Shown: piece by piece, positions 23,258-41,372 of the stretch
Layout of the letters: each line of letters begins with the position of its first letter
Numbering within the stretch: the stretch's first letter is position 1
Origin: Guillardia theta CCMP2712
Lineage: Eukaryota > Protista > Cryptophyta
NCBI RefSeq assembly: GCF_000315625.1
Contig: NW_005434644.1
Coordinates: 62,077 to 126,076, forward strand
DNA: 64,000 nt
Direction: 5' to 3'
Position numbers and translations under genes: made by a program
The notes under the pieces: model-generated
Database searches by the model: none
What the model was told of the DNA's origin: nothing
The model's input: only the letters and a program-made list of their open reading frames with translations

Positions 23258-26231
23258 CTTCTCTCCCTGTCCTCGCTGATGCTCTGATTGAGCATGACAG
23301 TTGCTCTATCACGAATCGTCTGTTCCTCTCTCCTACCTCCTGCTCTTTCCCTTCCCTCCTTCTCACACCTTGAGAATATCTTCTCGCAACAGGAATGGTC
23401 CTAGAATCTCCTCCAGCGTCCTCGTCGCCTCTTCCTCCTCCTCCTCTCCCCACCGCTGGAACCAGCTCTGCCGCAAGCGATCATGTGAGGAGCACGTGGA
23501 GGAAGTGAGAAGGAATAAAAGTGAGGAGGGAGGAAGGAGGAAGGAGGAGCGGGAGGGGTTCTTTCATTTAAAGAAGAGAGTGGATGGGGAGAGAAGAAAG
23601 AGGGAGGAANNNNNNNNNNNNNNNNNNNNNNNNNNNNNNNNNNNNNNNNNNNNNNNNNNNNNNNNNNNNNNNNNNNNNNNNNNNNNNNNNNNNNNNNNNN
23701 NNNNNNNNNNNNNNNNNNNNNNNNNNNNNNNNNNNNNNNNNNNNNNNNNNNNNNNNNNNNNNNNNNNNNNNNNNNNNNNNNNNNNNNNNNNNNNNNNNNN
23801 NNNNNNNNNNNNNNNNNNNNNNNNNNNNNNNNNNNNNNNNNNNNNNNNNNNNNNNNNNNNNNNNNNNNNNNNNNNNNNNNNNNNNNNNNNNNNNNNNNNN
23901 NNNNNNNNNNNNNNNNNNNNNNNNNNNNNNNNNNNNNNNNNNNNNNNNNNNNNNNNNNNNNNNNNNNNNNNNNNNNNNNNNNNNNNNNNNNNNNNNNNNN
24001 NNNNNNNNNNNNNNNNNNNNNNNNNNNNNNNNNNNNNNNNNNNNNNNNNNNNNNNNNNNNNNNNNNNNNNNNNNNNNNNNNNNNNNNNNNNNNNNNNNNN
24101 NNNNNNNNNNNNNNNNNNNNNNNNNNNNNNNNNNNNNNNNNNNNNNNNNNNNNNNNNNNNNNNNNNNNNNNNNNNNNNNNNNNNNNNNNNNNNNNNNNNN
24201 NNNNNNNNNNNNNNNNNNNNNNNNNNNNNNNNNNNNNNNNNNNNNNNNNNNNNNNNNNNNNNNNNNNNNNNNNNNNNNNNNNNNNNNNNNNNNNNNNNNN
24301 NNNNNNNNNNNNNNNNNNNNNNNNNNNNNNNNNNNNNNNNNNNNNNNNNNNNNNNNNNNNNNNNNNNNNNNNNNNNNNNNNNNNNNNNNNNNNNNNNNNN
24401 NNNNNTCCTGCGGGAAAGATCAAAAGACGAGAGGAGGAGACGCAGAGGAAGAGAAAAGGGAGAAGAGGATGGAAAGAGAAAGGAGTAAGAGGAGGAGGAA
24501 GAACGAGAGGAAATCAGGAAGAGAACGCACTTCGATATCAGACAGTGAAGGTTGCAGGAGGGTGACATTGTGAACTATGAAGTCGATAGTCGAATCCCTC
24601 GCCCTCTGCCTCACCAAGTCAGGACAGGAGAAACTCTTAACTCTCTCCTCTCCTCTGCTCTCCTCTTCATCTCCTCCCCTCTCCCTCTCCCTCTCCTCCC
24701 CTCTCTTCTTCGCACCTCAACTCTCCCTGCCTGCTGCTTCAAAACTCCTCCGACCCGGACCTGTAGGAAACGCTCAGCAGCACATCACAACCTCCTTTGC
24801 TCTCACCATGGAGCCGGTTCTGATTGCCTTGAAAAGTTTTCCCGCCTACTCTTACCGTCAGTCTTGCCCCTCCTCCTCCTCCTCCTCCTCCTGCCCCTGC
24901 TCCTGCCCCTGCTCCTGCCCTTGCCCCTTCCTCCTCCTGCCCCTCCTCTCAACCTCCTCGTCGCCGATGTTTGCCGTCAGCGTCTTGCCAAAGATGAGCT
25001 GCAGAGAGAAGGTCGTCGTCTCCTCCTCCTCCTGCCTCCAGCACCAGCTCCTCCTCCTCCTGATCGACCGGTGCAGACTCCTCGACGACACCAGCCGCGC
25101 TACCTCCTGCCGCATGTCCCGGTGGACGGCAAACCCGAACAGCAGTCGCCGCCCGATCTTGTTAGCAGAGATGAGGCAGAAATCTCCAGTGAGGAATGTG
25201 GAAGGGAGCGTCTCAGGATCTACATCCTTCCATTCCGAGGTGATTTCATACACCTTGTCCGAGCCCGTCTCCTCCCCTGCCTCCTCTTCGTCTCGCTCCC
25301 GCTCCTCCTCCCCGCCGCCTTCCTCCTCCTCCCCTCCCTCCAGCACTTGCCGCACCTTTGTCTTCCCTCCCGTGACTGAGGTGTGGAAACGAGAGTAAGG
25401 AAGGAGGGGCCCCTCCCTCCTCCCCTCCTCCTTCACTCTCCCCACATCCGCTACGACGGCTCCTGTGACGGCCAGCAGGTCCTCCACCTTGATCGACAGC
25501 TCCAGCTCCATTCTCCCGCACCCAACGAACACTCGAGGAGTTCGCAGCACCTCCTCGTCCACGATAGTGAGCATGCTTCTTCTGTGAGCAAAGGGAGGTA
25601 TCATTCCTATCCTGTACCCGGTCCACTCCTCCGCGTCCTCCGACGGCGCAAGCTTGACAGAGGCAGCACGGTCCGCTATGGCCATGCTCTCACCCCGCTC
25701 CCTCAGCCTGTCTCTCTTCTGCTTCAGGCACTGACTGAGTTTCTTGATGCTGACTTTCTTGTTCCCGGAGAGCACAACGAGGACAGGATGGTTTCCTACC
25801 ACAAAGACAAGAGACTTGACAACGACGCTACTGTTCACTCCCAGAAGTACCGCCGTGCTCTCCGCGTTCACTTCCTCCTCCTCTCCCCTCTCGACTGCCA
25901 CGATTGTGTACTCTACATCCCTGCTCTTGAGGAACCTCTCAACATCACCGACTTCCAAACTATCTTGTTTGCACATGCTGTCTTGGCTCTCTTGCTGATC
26001 GTTCAAAGTCGAGGTCTCCCATCCTCGCTCGACAGCTTCCGACATCGTCAACGACGACAACACGTTCGATCTTGCCGTCACCGCAACCCTCGGTGCAGCT
26101 CTCAACAGATTTCGAGCCTTCAGCCTGCTCCCAGACTGGAAACTTCTACACCCACTGAGACAGAACGTGTTCCCAGTGTTGATGCTTGCAACAAGTATAA
26201 GAGCCGCTCTGAAGATACTGAAGGGACTCAT
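21065..26231 (-). CDS. Putative plastid-targeted multidomain protein: YbaK/ProX deacylase domain, OB-fold-like segment, DEDDy 3'-5' exonuclease (EXD3/Mut-7-like) and DUF3427/SRA-like C-terminus; interrupted by two gaps
   Basis: Signal peptide plus F plus transit-like leader. YbaK: VVKSLVF..TGYRIGMIPPF..VFVGCG. Exonuclease: ILK|LGFSFEMDMKML..FVDIK, GLSAACKSLLGHPLSKEMQ, IRYAATDA. C-terminus: GCLEWPNALVLLINI..RYNNDFS..VSWYAS..LLFARF..YVFLGRL..PVKVTWRL. Continuity across 23610-24405 is unproven. Confidence 0.7.
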
Positions 26232-27381
26232 CGAATGTCCTCAAACTTGTTACACTGATGGGCATCTCATCATTCTTGCTCCCTGAGGCGAGGTCTTGTC
26301 GTGATGATTTCAGTCAGTATCACTGTTCCCATTCAAGCTATATGCCCGCCTGCAATCCTATCAGATTTCCTCGTCCTTGTTCCCGTCCTCGCTCTTCTCA
26401 TCCTGAACATCCTGCTCACCATTGTTCCCTCCCTCCTCCCTCCTCCCTCCTCTTTCCTCTCCTCTCCTCTCCTCTCCTCTCTCTCCTCCCTCCTCCCTCC
26501 TCTATCCTGCCCTTCGCTTCCTATCTCTCTCTCCGGTACCTTGGAGAGCAAGAGTCAAACAACAATACTGTCAACAGCCTTCCTGGACCTTCCAATGGCA
26601 CAAGTGGGAAAGGCAGTCAGAGTTCTTCACGATTTAAGAAGATCAATTCCTTGGAGACGCCTGCAAAGGTCTGCTTGCAATCATTCCGACATACATGATG
26701 CAACCTGAAAAACATTCAGGCGATGATTATTCCAGATCACAACGTGTTCATTGAAGCAGAGCTTGGATTGCATGTTCATAATCTAGTGGGTGCAAGGTGA
26801 TGATCGATTCTTGAAAGCTTTTATTTTTCATTCNNNNNNNNNNNNNNNNNNNNNNNNNNNNNNNNNNNNNNNNNNNNNNNNNNNNNNNNNNNNNNNNNNN
26901 NNNNNNNNNNNNNNNNNNNNNNNNNNNNNNNNNTGCAGTCGTGTTGTTGACTCAACAGCTCGCTCCATTCAGCGCTCTGTCCATCCATGCTTGATAAGGT
27001 AGAGAGAAAGGGTCATGTGGGACAGGCAGGGGTGATAAGATATAATCAGGGGTGGGGGTGATCGAGGGAGAGTGTGTCCCGATGTTCGGTCTTCTCGCAC
27101 ATGTTGATGGGAGGGGAGTAGGGAGGAAGACGAAGACAAGAAGGAGAGGAGGGAGGAGGAGGACAGAGGGAGCAGAGGAGGATGCATGGAGGAAGGGAGG
27201 GAGGGAGGGAGGGAGGGAGGGGAGGAGGCGCCATGAAGAAGATGATTCACTCGGTGAACTCATGAAGATTTTACAAGACACATTAGGCGTTCGACAACAA
27301 CACCCTTAACGACATTCTTCGCTCTCTGTTCCCGAGTTGAGCATGTCAGGAGCAAGACTATCATGACATCTTGACAACGTG

Positions 27382-32303
<4,922 letters not shown>

Positions 32304-32753
32304 TGAGGTTTATAGGAAGAGAAATGGAGGGAAGGGAATGGGTTGGGGGGGGGGGGGGGGGGGGGAAAAAAAAAATGAAAAACACGGCCCTGGCAATTAA
32401 TGCCCAGGAACCATCTGATATTATAAGATTAAATGTCCACCCCCCTCGGCCCCGGTCTCTTGCACCCCATTCTTTTTTTTTCTACGGTCCATGTAAACGG
32501 CTGTATGGATGTAGCTCTCTCGGTCTACAACCGTAAACCTGTATGACCATGCCAAATCATCGTCCTAGTCTTTTCTTGTATCTGTGGACGTATAGCTATT
32601 AAGCTGTCATCAATCCTCGTACCCGTCGATAAAAATCCAGTCCATTCACGCGANNNNNNNNNNNNNNNNNNNNNNNNNNNNNNNNNNNNNNNNNNNNNNN
32701 NNNNNNNNNNNNNNNNNNNNNNNNNNNNNNNNNNNNNNNNNNNNNNNNNNNNN

Positions 32754-33221
32754 CAAATGAAGCATGCGTAGAAGAAGAGCGAGTTCTTTCAGCGCTGAAA
32801 ATGATTCCAGGGTTCGAATCCTTTCCACGTCTGTCTTTACATCCCCTTCGCTTGTTTGAATGTACGCCAGGCGAAATTGCCGCAAGTTTGTTGGCTTCTT
32901 TGCGCTGTTACAAAAGGCTTCTGCCATTTCGACTAGCACTCTCAACTTTGAGTCGTCTTCTTGCGATAGAATGTCCTCCCAGACCTGATCCAGCTCGGCC
33001 TGGTGCTTCACTGCAGACTTGCGGGAGCAAGTCCTGAGGTACTCACGGATTGCCATCAGGACAAGGAAGAAGAGCAGGGCGACCAGTCTGACGTATGCTC
33101 CGCTTGATCTCAGCGCAACCTGCATCCCAAACAGAATCGCCGATGACACCGCCCCAAGCTCCAACACCAGGCACTCGTGAATCATCAGAGGGCAAGGGAA
33201 GAGCAGCAGGATCTGGAGCAA
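32754..33221 (-). CDS. Fragment of a hypothetical membrane protein, broken by a gap
   Basis: ORF with hydrophobic helices followed by a helical soluble segment; no recognisable motif. Confidence 0.35.
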
Positions 33222-33574
33222 ACAGACTCAGAAGAAGGAGAGGAAGAGACGAGAAGAACCGTGAGGCTCTCGATCAGCGGAGGAGGAGGAGGAGGAGGAG
33301 GAGGAGGAGGAGGAGGAGGAGGAGGAGGAGGAGGAGAGGAGATTTTACCATAACTGTTCATGGTCAATATGATAGAAGGGCAGTATAGTTTGCACATTCA
33401 TCATCTTTCATCCTGATTTTCTCAACCTCTAAATCCGGATTTGTTCACATTTCCTCTCTCTCTCCTCTCTTCACAACCTCCAAGAATTTGCCAAACACCT
33501 TGTTCCTTCTTTGCTTCACTCCAGTGCTCTCTGACTTGTACTCTTCAGTTCTCAGATGCACTGATTCCCCAGCC

Positions 33575-36500
33575 ATGACTAGCCCTCCGTCTGACCGCTG
33601 GCAGCGATCGCCGCTGAGCGACTCTCCCCTCTCCTCCCCCCGCGAGGATGAAACCACAGGTAACCTGAGAAAGGAAAGGATCAAGTACAGGAGGTCTAAA
33701 CCTCCGAGGAACCATGCGCTGAGGAAAGATGGTGAAGGAGAGGACGGAGCTGAAGCGCAGAGACCAGGAGCTGAGGATCCCAGAGCAAGAGAGTCGCTGC
33801 AGGAGGCGCAGCCAGTCCCCGAGCACGAGTCTCCTGCTCCCCGCAGCAGCACTGGAGTCCTGGCGCTCAACCTGACTGCCATCCGACCTGAGCATCGAGC
33901 CGTCACTCTCAACAGCCGCGAGTCCCTCGGGAGCCCTCGGGAGCCGCAGCAGGAGGGGCAACCGCGTCCTCCTAAGACTCCCCGCACTGAGCATACGAGC
34001 AGCAGGCAGGAGCGGGAGGGCGAAGGCACAGGACCCGGGGAGAGCAGGTTGTCAGGGATGCAGGAGAGGAGTCGGGCAAGCAGGAGGAGTCAACTGACGT
34101 TGACACCAAGGAGCGTCGACACGCCCCGCTCGGGGATCTCCTTCGAAGCTGGATGGAACCTGGAGAAGTGGAAGGCGGAGGCGCTTTGGCTGCGGGAGCA
34201 GGTGGAAATGCTGGAGGAGAAAGCAAGGGGGGAGGGAGGAGAAGCGAGCGAGCGGGAGGAAATGCAGAAGCTTCGGCGCGAACTTGCGGAAAGCCAGCAG
34301 AAGATGGCGGAGGCAAGCAAGAGGATCTTGAGCTACGAGCGACAGGCAGCGTCTTGGCAGGCAGAGAAAGTCACGCTGCAGCAGGATGTGGTCGGGTGGA
34401 AGCAGGCGATCAGCAGCCTGAACATGGAGGCGAAGGCAGAGATCCTCTCGCTGCAGGAGAAGATCGCGAGGGAGAAGGTCGAGAACGCGCGGCTGACGCG
34501 AGAGCTCCGAGCGATGCAGGCCAACGGCAACAGCCGAGCTGGCGACAAACAGGTACCCAACAGCGCGAAGAGAGTAGCCAAGGACGAGGACGAGGACGAG
34601 GACGAGGAGGTTGGTCAGCTGACCCGCTCCCTTGCAAACGTCCTGAAGCTGCCGGTGGTGACGAAAGTTGTTAAGGGTCTGAAGGGCAGGAAGCAGGAGG
34701 AGGAAGATGAGGAGGGGGAGGAGGAAGGACGGCAGGGGAGGAAAAGCCCCATGAGCGAACTGAGGAGGACGGTATCCGAAGTCTCCTCGGCGATGCTTCA
34801 GGTTTCCGCCGCGTCGGAGAGAAGTGACTCTCTGCAGCAGAAGGTCTTGAAGTCAGTGGATGAGCTGGAGGAGAAACTCGCCCTCTCCGAGTCTCATTGC
34901 TCCCAGCTGCAGTCCCAGCTGCAGGCCACACTGACAACCCTCGAGAGCTCACGGTCGTACGAGGGGGTGATGGAGAGGAAGCTGCTGGAGGAGGAGCGGG
35001 AGAAGGAGAGGATGAAGGAGGCGATGGCGGCGCTAGAGGAGGAGGTGAAAGAGTCGAAGAGAATCTTTGAGCAAGTGAGCGCAGAGCACGGGACGAGCAT
35101 CAGGCTGCTGGAGGAGAAGCAGAAGGAGGAGCTGAGGGCGGCGATCGAGAAGGAGAGGAGAGCATGCGAGCTGGCGATCAGTTCATTGCGAGCCGAGCAC
35201 GGCAAGGCGCTGATGATGGCGACCTACAGCCTGCAGGAGAAGGACGCGCTTCTGCGAGGGAGGGAGGAGGAGATGGCGAGATCGCACCATGAGGAGATCC
35301 AGAGCCTGAAGAGGACGGAGGAGGAGGAGAGGAGGAGGATGGAGAAGGAGCATAAGGCTGAGCTTGAGGAGAGGGAGGAGCGCGTGCGGGAGCTGCTCCT
35401 GCTGCACCAGGAGGAGCTTACGAGGGTGCAGGCAGAACACGACGAGCGTACAGAGGCTCTTCAACGGAGGCTCCGAGCATCCGCCGAGCACTCGCAGAGA
35501 GTGGACGCAGATCTCAGCAGGTCTGAAGCTGAGAGGAAAGAGGTGAGAAATAGTTTGCGGGGTCCTCGCCAGCCCACCCTCCCCTTCTCCACCTCCTATG
35601 ACCTTGTCTGACGGGTGGTTTGCAGCTTGGCGACGCGCTGATGAGCTCCAGCTCGGCACTGCGGGCCCTGGCTGACGAGTCGGAGAGGAGGAAGGAGTTG
35701 GAGGCGGAGCTGGAGGAGAGCAGGAGGATGTGCGAGGAGTGGAAGAGACTGCTGGAGGAGAAGTCGGCAGTGTGCGAGCAGGTCAGTCAGATGGAGGAGA
35801 AGGCTACGCAGAGCCTCGGGATCCTCCGCTCTCAGTGGGACGAGAGTGCGAGGAGGAGGGAGGAGGAGGCTGAGAAGGTGGAGGAGCTGGAGCAGGAGGC
35901 GGCCTCCATGGCGCTGCTTCTGACATCGCTGAAGTCTCATGTCGACTCGCTGGTTCTGAAGGCGCAGGAGGAGAAGAAGTCGTGGGGGAGAGAGAGGAGG
36001 AGCGCGGAGGAGGAGAGGATGGAGAGGGAGGAGGAGACGAGAGTGCTGGAAGGGAGGCTAAGGGAAGCCAGGCGTCACGGACAGGAGGCGGAGGAGCGGG
36101 TCAAGGAGCTCAAGGAGGAAAAGGAGGAGCTGAAGCTGCGCTTGACCGAGAAGGAGAGCAGGATTCGCTCGCTGCAGCAAGTGATCCTGAGCCACGAGCA
36201 GCAGCATGAAGAGAGAGTGCGGGAGCTGCAGACGACCAGGAGGGAACTCAACGAGTCACATGATGGGCTGAGGGGTGCGGAGATGGCGAACAAGATCCTG
36301 CAAGGAGCTGCAGACGCGCTCCAGCAGAAGCTGCGGGTGGTGGAGGAGCGGCAGTGGGAGGAAGGGAGGAGGAGCGTGGAGGCGGCCAGGGAGCTAGCGG
36401 GAGTGAACGCCTCCCTGGCACGAGCTTGCTCCATGCTTGCTATGAGTGAGGAGATGATGAGGCGGCTGTGCGGGGGGATGGAGGAGCTTTCGTCTCGGCA

Positions 36501-37284
36501 CATCTTCTTCATGCAGGAAGCAGCCGCGCGGCATATCGCACTGAGGGAAGAGGTCAAGAGGGAGGAGGAGGAGAGGCAGAGGAGCCGTCGGCGGGAGGAG
36601 GAGCTCGCGGAGAAGCTGCGGATAGAGGAGGAGAGGACGAGGGCAACACAGGACAAACTACGGAGGCTACAGAAGGAAGCGGAGGGAAGGGAGAGGGAAT
36701 GGATGACAGAGCTGCATGCCATGAGGGAAGAGATCGCAAGCAAGGAGGAAGAGCTGCGGGCGATGGAGGAGGAGGTGGTTGAACTCAAGGCCGGAAAGCT
36801 GGAAGGAGAGCGAGAGAGGATGACGTTGCGCAAGCTCTTACAGGAGTACGCGGCAGGACGGGAGGAGCTCGAGGAGGAGGTGGAGAGGAAGAAAGCGCAC
36901 GCGGAGGTGCTCCTACACCTGAGCAGGAGGAACCAGCCAAGCACGAGCGGCGGGAGGATGGAAAGAAGCATCGGCAGGGCGCTGGTGCAGGCGGGGAAGG
37001 AGAAGGAGAAGTTGGACCCCTCTCGCAGCTCTCGCTCCAGCCTCTCCACCCCCGAGACGAGGAGGAGCTTGACGGCCGAGTCCCCGTTCGGGAGGAGGGG
37101 GCAGGAGCAGCGAGGGGAGAGGAAGAGGGAGCATGGAGAACTACACAGGAGGAGCACCGAGGGCGCGAAGAGGAGGGAGGAGGGAGGAGAGGAGAAGAGC
37201 GAGAGGAGGGTAGAGCTCGAGACGCTCCTCAACTTCGCCAGAGGCGTCGAGGCCCTGCAGCACCTTGCGAACTTGAAGGAATGA
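33575..37284 (+). CDS. Large E/R/K-rich coiled-coil protein, 2 exons (about 33575-35542 and 35626-37284)
   Basis: ORFs of 707 and 554 aa joined by a GT-AG intron; heptad-rich, with a disordered N-terminus. Confidence 0.8.
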
Positions 37285-37456
37285 AGGATGCCTCCTCGTA
37301 CTATGATCCTCCTCCTCACCCCCTGCCTCCTCGCCCCCCCTTCTCGTCCTCCTCCCTCCCCTCCACTCGTCCTCCTCCCCCCCTGCAACTCCTACAGTTC
37401 TGTGCTGCGGTACTTGAAGATGTACTACCGAGCTTCAGTCCTCCTCCCTCCCCCCA

Positions 37457-40016
37457 TCATCGCAGACTCAACAGCATGACGCTAGGCTCCTGCAGGATCT
37501 CCTTGAACCGGTTGGAGAACCGGGCGATGCTCGCTCCGGCGAGGATGCGATGATCTGCCGCCCAGCTGATGCGGATGATCTGAATCGAAACCAGGTGAGA
37601 GGTAAGGAGGAAGGCGGGAGCTGAGGAGGCCAAAGTGGAAGCAGAGGAGGGAGAGTACAGAATGGAAGGGACGGAAGGAGGAAGAGGAGGACGGGAGAGA
37701 GGGGGAGTGGGTCTGGGGTATTCACCGTCCTCTCCTTCAAAGTTCCATCTTTGATGTAGGGCTGCTTCTCTATCTTTCCGATGGCTAACAAGCACCAGTG
37801 AGTTCACATTTTCATCGTCGTCGTCCTCCTCCTCCTCCTCCTCCTCCTCTTTGTCCTCCTCCTCCTCCTCCTCTTTGTCCTCCTCCTCCTTTCTGTCCTC
37901 ATTCTCCTCCTCCTCCAATTGCACTTCCTCGTTCTCATCGTTCTCTCCTCCTCGTTCCCCTCCTCCTCTCCCTCTCACCTCCTATCACAGCTTCCCCCGG
38001 ATTGAGGATGGGTGAAGTGTACGTCCCTCCGATAGTGCCGATGTTGCTCAAGGTGATGGTTCCTCCCGAGATGTCTTCTTTGCTCAGCTTGTTGGCCCTT
38101 GCCTGCTCAACACAATTACAGAGGACATGTGCGAGGCTGGAAGGATGTGGATGTCGAATAGTTGATATCGACAAACATGTCAGGAAAGGGAGTTGGGAGG
38201 ACAACGACGGTCTGGCACGTCATCAACAGTATGCAACAGATGCGGGAGCACCAGGTTTGTCAGTCTTGCAAGCTCTTCGGCGATCTGTGAGAATGTGCAA
38301 TCCTGTCAGGAAGAATATAGAGGGAAGAACGCATGATCTTACCTGAACGATGGAAAGCTCTTGTACATTCTTGATGTTGGGAACAACCTGCACCATCTCC
38401 TCACAACCTCGTTTTGCTCGCATGCAGAACGCTCTACCAATCCTGACGGGGAGTCGACTGCGATGCCAACATTGTGACGTTTTCTGTGGATGATGTTGTT
38501 GAGGTCTGCTGAAAGACTTGAGTTGATCTGCAATCATACTCATCTCAATCTTCTCGTCAGATCGTTCTAGGTAAGACCTCGGGAAACTCCAGCAGCGCTT
38601 GAGAGAGAGATTTGATCAGGAACGGCATGTATGTCAGCTTGACTCCGTTCAGACTTTTCTGCTCGGAGAAAGAACAAAATCAGAGGACTACCAAGTTGCA
38701 CATCTAGATCAACAGCTGTCTTTCAACATGTCAGAGATGCAATCATCGCACAGCACACATCTGAGCCAAGAGCCAAGTGACCTCTCTTGCCAAGAGCGCT
38801 TTGAGCTCCACCAAACGATCTATCTCATAATCCTCGCTGAATCCGAAGTGAGGGATGGAGGACTGAGCCTGTTGATCACCACCGTGAGAGACAACATCCA
38901 TCGCCGTGGCGCAAGCCAAGAGGCTTCCGCAGCATCAGGGCATGCCGACGTACTTGCATCGTCTTGATCATGGCGCGAGTGTACCCTCGGATCGGAATAT
39001 GCACATCCTCCAAAGAGCGAGTTTCCGCCGCCTGGACGGCAGACATCCATCAGTCAACCCGCCCGGCTCCTTCGTTCGCGCTGGTTACCTTGCTAGCAGA
39101 CTGCACCTCCTCCCGCTGGTCGGGCTCTGACTTGTGCTGATCGGCTTGCAGGGCGAGAGTCTGAGAGGGCACCTCCTCGAGGACGGGTGACTTGCCCACA
39201 TACCTTAACAAATCCTCCTGCATCGACGCTCCTCTCTCAGAACATGAAGGAGGAGCAGACGAAGAGGAAGAGAGCTGGGGAGAGCAAGCTCAGCATGCTA
39301 CCTTCATGATCCTGCCTCCTCGTCCTGACCCCTGCACACTCTTCAGGTCGATTCCGTTGGTCTTCGCGATCGCCCGGACGGCTGGAGTAGCCAGCGGCTT
39401 CAGTGGAGCACCCGATGGGTCTGAGTCGCGGGGAGAGGAGGGATCATGGGACGCCACTGCAGGCGCCCCTTCCTCTCCTGCTGCTGAAGTCTCGATCGCT
39501 TCTGCATCGTCCTCGTCCACCGAAAGGCCCCCAGATCCTTTTTGTCGAATGTCCAGCAAAGGTTTGCCGACATGCGCTACATCGCCTACCTTGTAGTGCA
39601 GCTTCGCGATGACACCGTCGTACCTGCTCGGGATCTCCACCGTCGCCTTGTCACTTTGAACTTCACAGACTGGATCGAACGCCTTGACCTCGTCGCCGAC
39701 CTTCACAAACCATTGAAGAACCTCCGCCTCTGAGATGGAAGGATTTCAGTCCAACACACGCTCCCTTCACTTCAACTGCTAACACTCTACCTGTTATGCC
39801 TTCCCCGATGTCTGCAAGTTTGAATGGGACGATCTTTCCCGTGGACTGCGTTTGATTTGCAAACCCCCTCAACCCCCCACGCTTCATTGCAAAGTTCAAG
39901 CTTCTAGTGCGAGCCTTTACACCTCGGTGTGCGAACGAATGTAGCTTGGCGGTGTTGCCTGCCATCATAAGTCCATTTCTAATCACACTGTACAAGGAAA
40001 GTCGGTGTCTGAGCAT
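37457..40016 (-). CDS. DBT: Dihydrolipoamide branched-chain acyltransferase (BCKDH E2), mitochondrial
   Basis: Presequence; lipoyl domain FKLADIGEGI..EVQSDKATVEIPSRYDG; E3-binding LATPAVRAIA; catalytic domain GGTITLSNIGTIGGTY and SWAADHRI. Confidence 0.93.
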
Positions 40017-40882
40017 AATCTAATTCTTCAAGTCTTCGTCCTCTGGAATTGATCAAGCAGGTTTTGGATTCGTTTCCTGTCAACAGCAGCAAGTCAGCCA
40101 TAAACCAAACAACATTTCTCTCTCTCATCTGTTTTTGATTTGTCCTTTGTCGCATCTTTTCTGTTCTACTGATCCTCCAAGACAATACATTCGTTCTTTC
40201 ATTGACCCTTTTCTTTCCCCGTGCTTTACTTTTCGTTGCTAACTTCGTGGTCAGGTTTGGATATCTCTCCCTCCCTCCAATCATGCTTCCCTCTGCACTC
40301 GCTGACATTCGTCTATCTTCATGCTCTATCCTCTATGCTCCATCCTCTATCCTCTATCCTCTGTGCTCGTCTCCTTGCTCCTCTCTGTTTCATCTCCCCT
40401 GTCCATTGTTCCGATCAGTTTTCTTTGTTGCATGTTGCGGCCGACACCTGACCCCTACCCCAACAAGAAACATCCCCACCCTGTCTCCTTCCACATGTTC
40501 ATTATACACTTATTTTTTCTTTGAAATTTCAAATATTATACACAAACAGTATGTTGATTTTTTTAAAATTAGTGTAAAATTGATCAGTACCCCTGCAATT
40601 ATGGCTACTACCCCTCGATCTAGCCTCCCGCAACAAACTGACTGACGTACTGATTTTTAACTTAACTTTGAGTAAAGACCGTACTTTTGCCGCGCCAACT
40701 CAGTTCCGTTGCGCGGCCCGCCGGGCAGCAGTGACTGGGGCCCGTCGGCCGGGCGGCCGGGCGGCGCGCCGGCGAGCAGCGGCCGGGCCGCCATCCGATC
40801 ACGTAGGGTCGTCCGAAGTTGGTTTACAGAAGAGTTTTGTGACTCTGTAATACAGTCAGGTCTTTACTCAAAGTTAAGTTAA

Positions 40883-41372
40883 TGTAAGAACTCAGGTTCT
40901 GACAAACCTCTCAGAAGTTCTTTCAGACGCGATAAGTTCAAGGGATGCGTCTAATCAGGTTGTGAACCATGTGAAGCCTGCAGGTCCAAGCTAGTGGGCT
41001 GGAGCTTAGTCTGTGACTTAGAAGATCCGGTTGGTTGGAGCCTGGGGAAGCTGAGGCGGCGCCGGAGGAATCAAGAGGCGCCGGCTGTCGAAGAGGCAGC
41101 ACTCGTACAGTGGTGGAAGTAAGGCGGTGGTGTGTGAAGGGAAGCTGTTTGGTTGGTCTTGCTGCTACGAGTGTTGGGAATAAAGTGCTGGGGATTGTTG
41201 GGAAGTTGATCTGAGTTATCTGAGGTGTTTGGTTGGCTGTGAAAGTCATTGGTGTCTTCGTGCGCACATCATCTGTGAGTCTTGGTCTTTGGACTTATCA
41301 GTCAGCTGTTGAGCTGTTCTACTAGTCATTCATCTGTGCACAGACTCTAGGAGTCAGGAATTGATTCCAATA
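40883..41372 (+). repeat. 5' LTR (TGTAAG...CCAATA)
   Basis: Matches 49526-50015; the only difference found by eye is T40970 vs A49613. AATAAA at 41179-41184. Confidence 0.97.

Noticed and set aside
26258-27310. Possible small gene between the YbaK-fusion and glycosyltransferase genes
   Set aside because: No consistent spliced frame or motif could be built, and the region is interrupted by a gap.
36075-37388. 437-aa Ser-rich antisense ORF
   Set aside because: Shadow of the GAG-rich coiled-coil gene on the opposite strand.
40938-41267. 109-aa antisense ORF present twice (also 49581-49910)
   Set aside because: It is duplicated only because it lies in the LTRs; non-ATG start and no recognisable motif.
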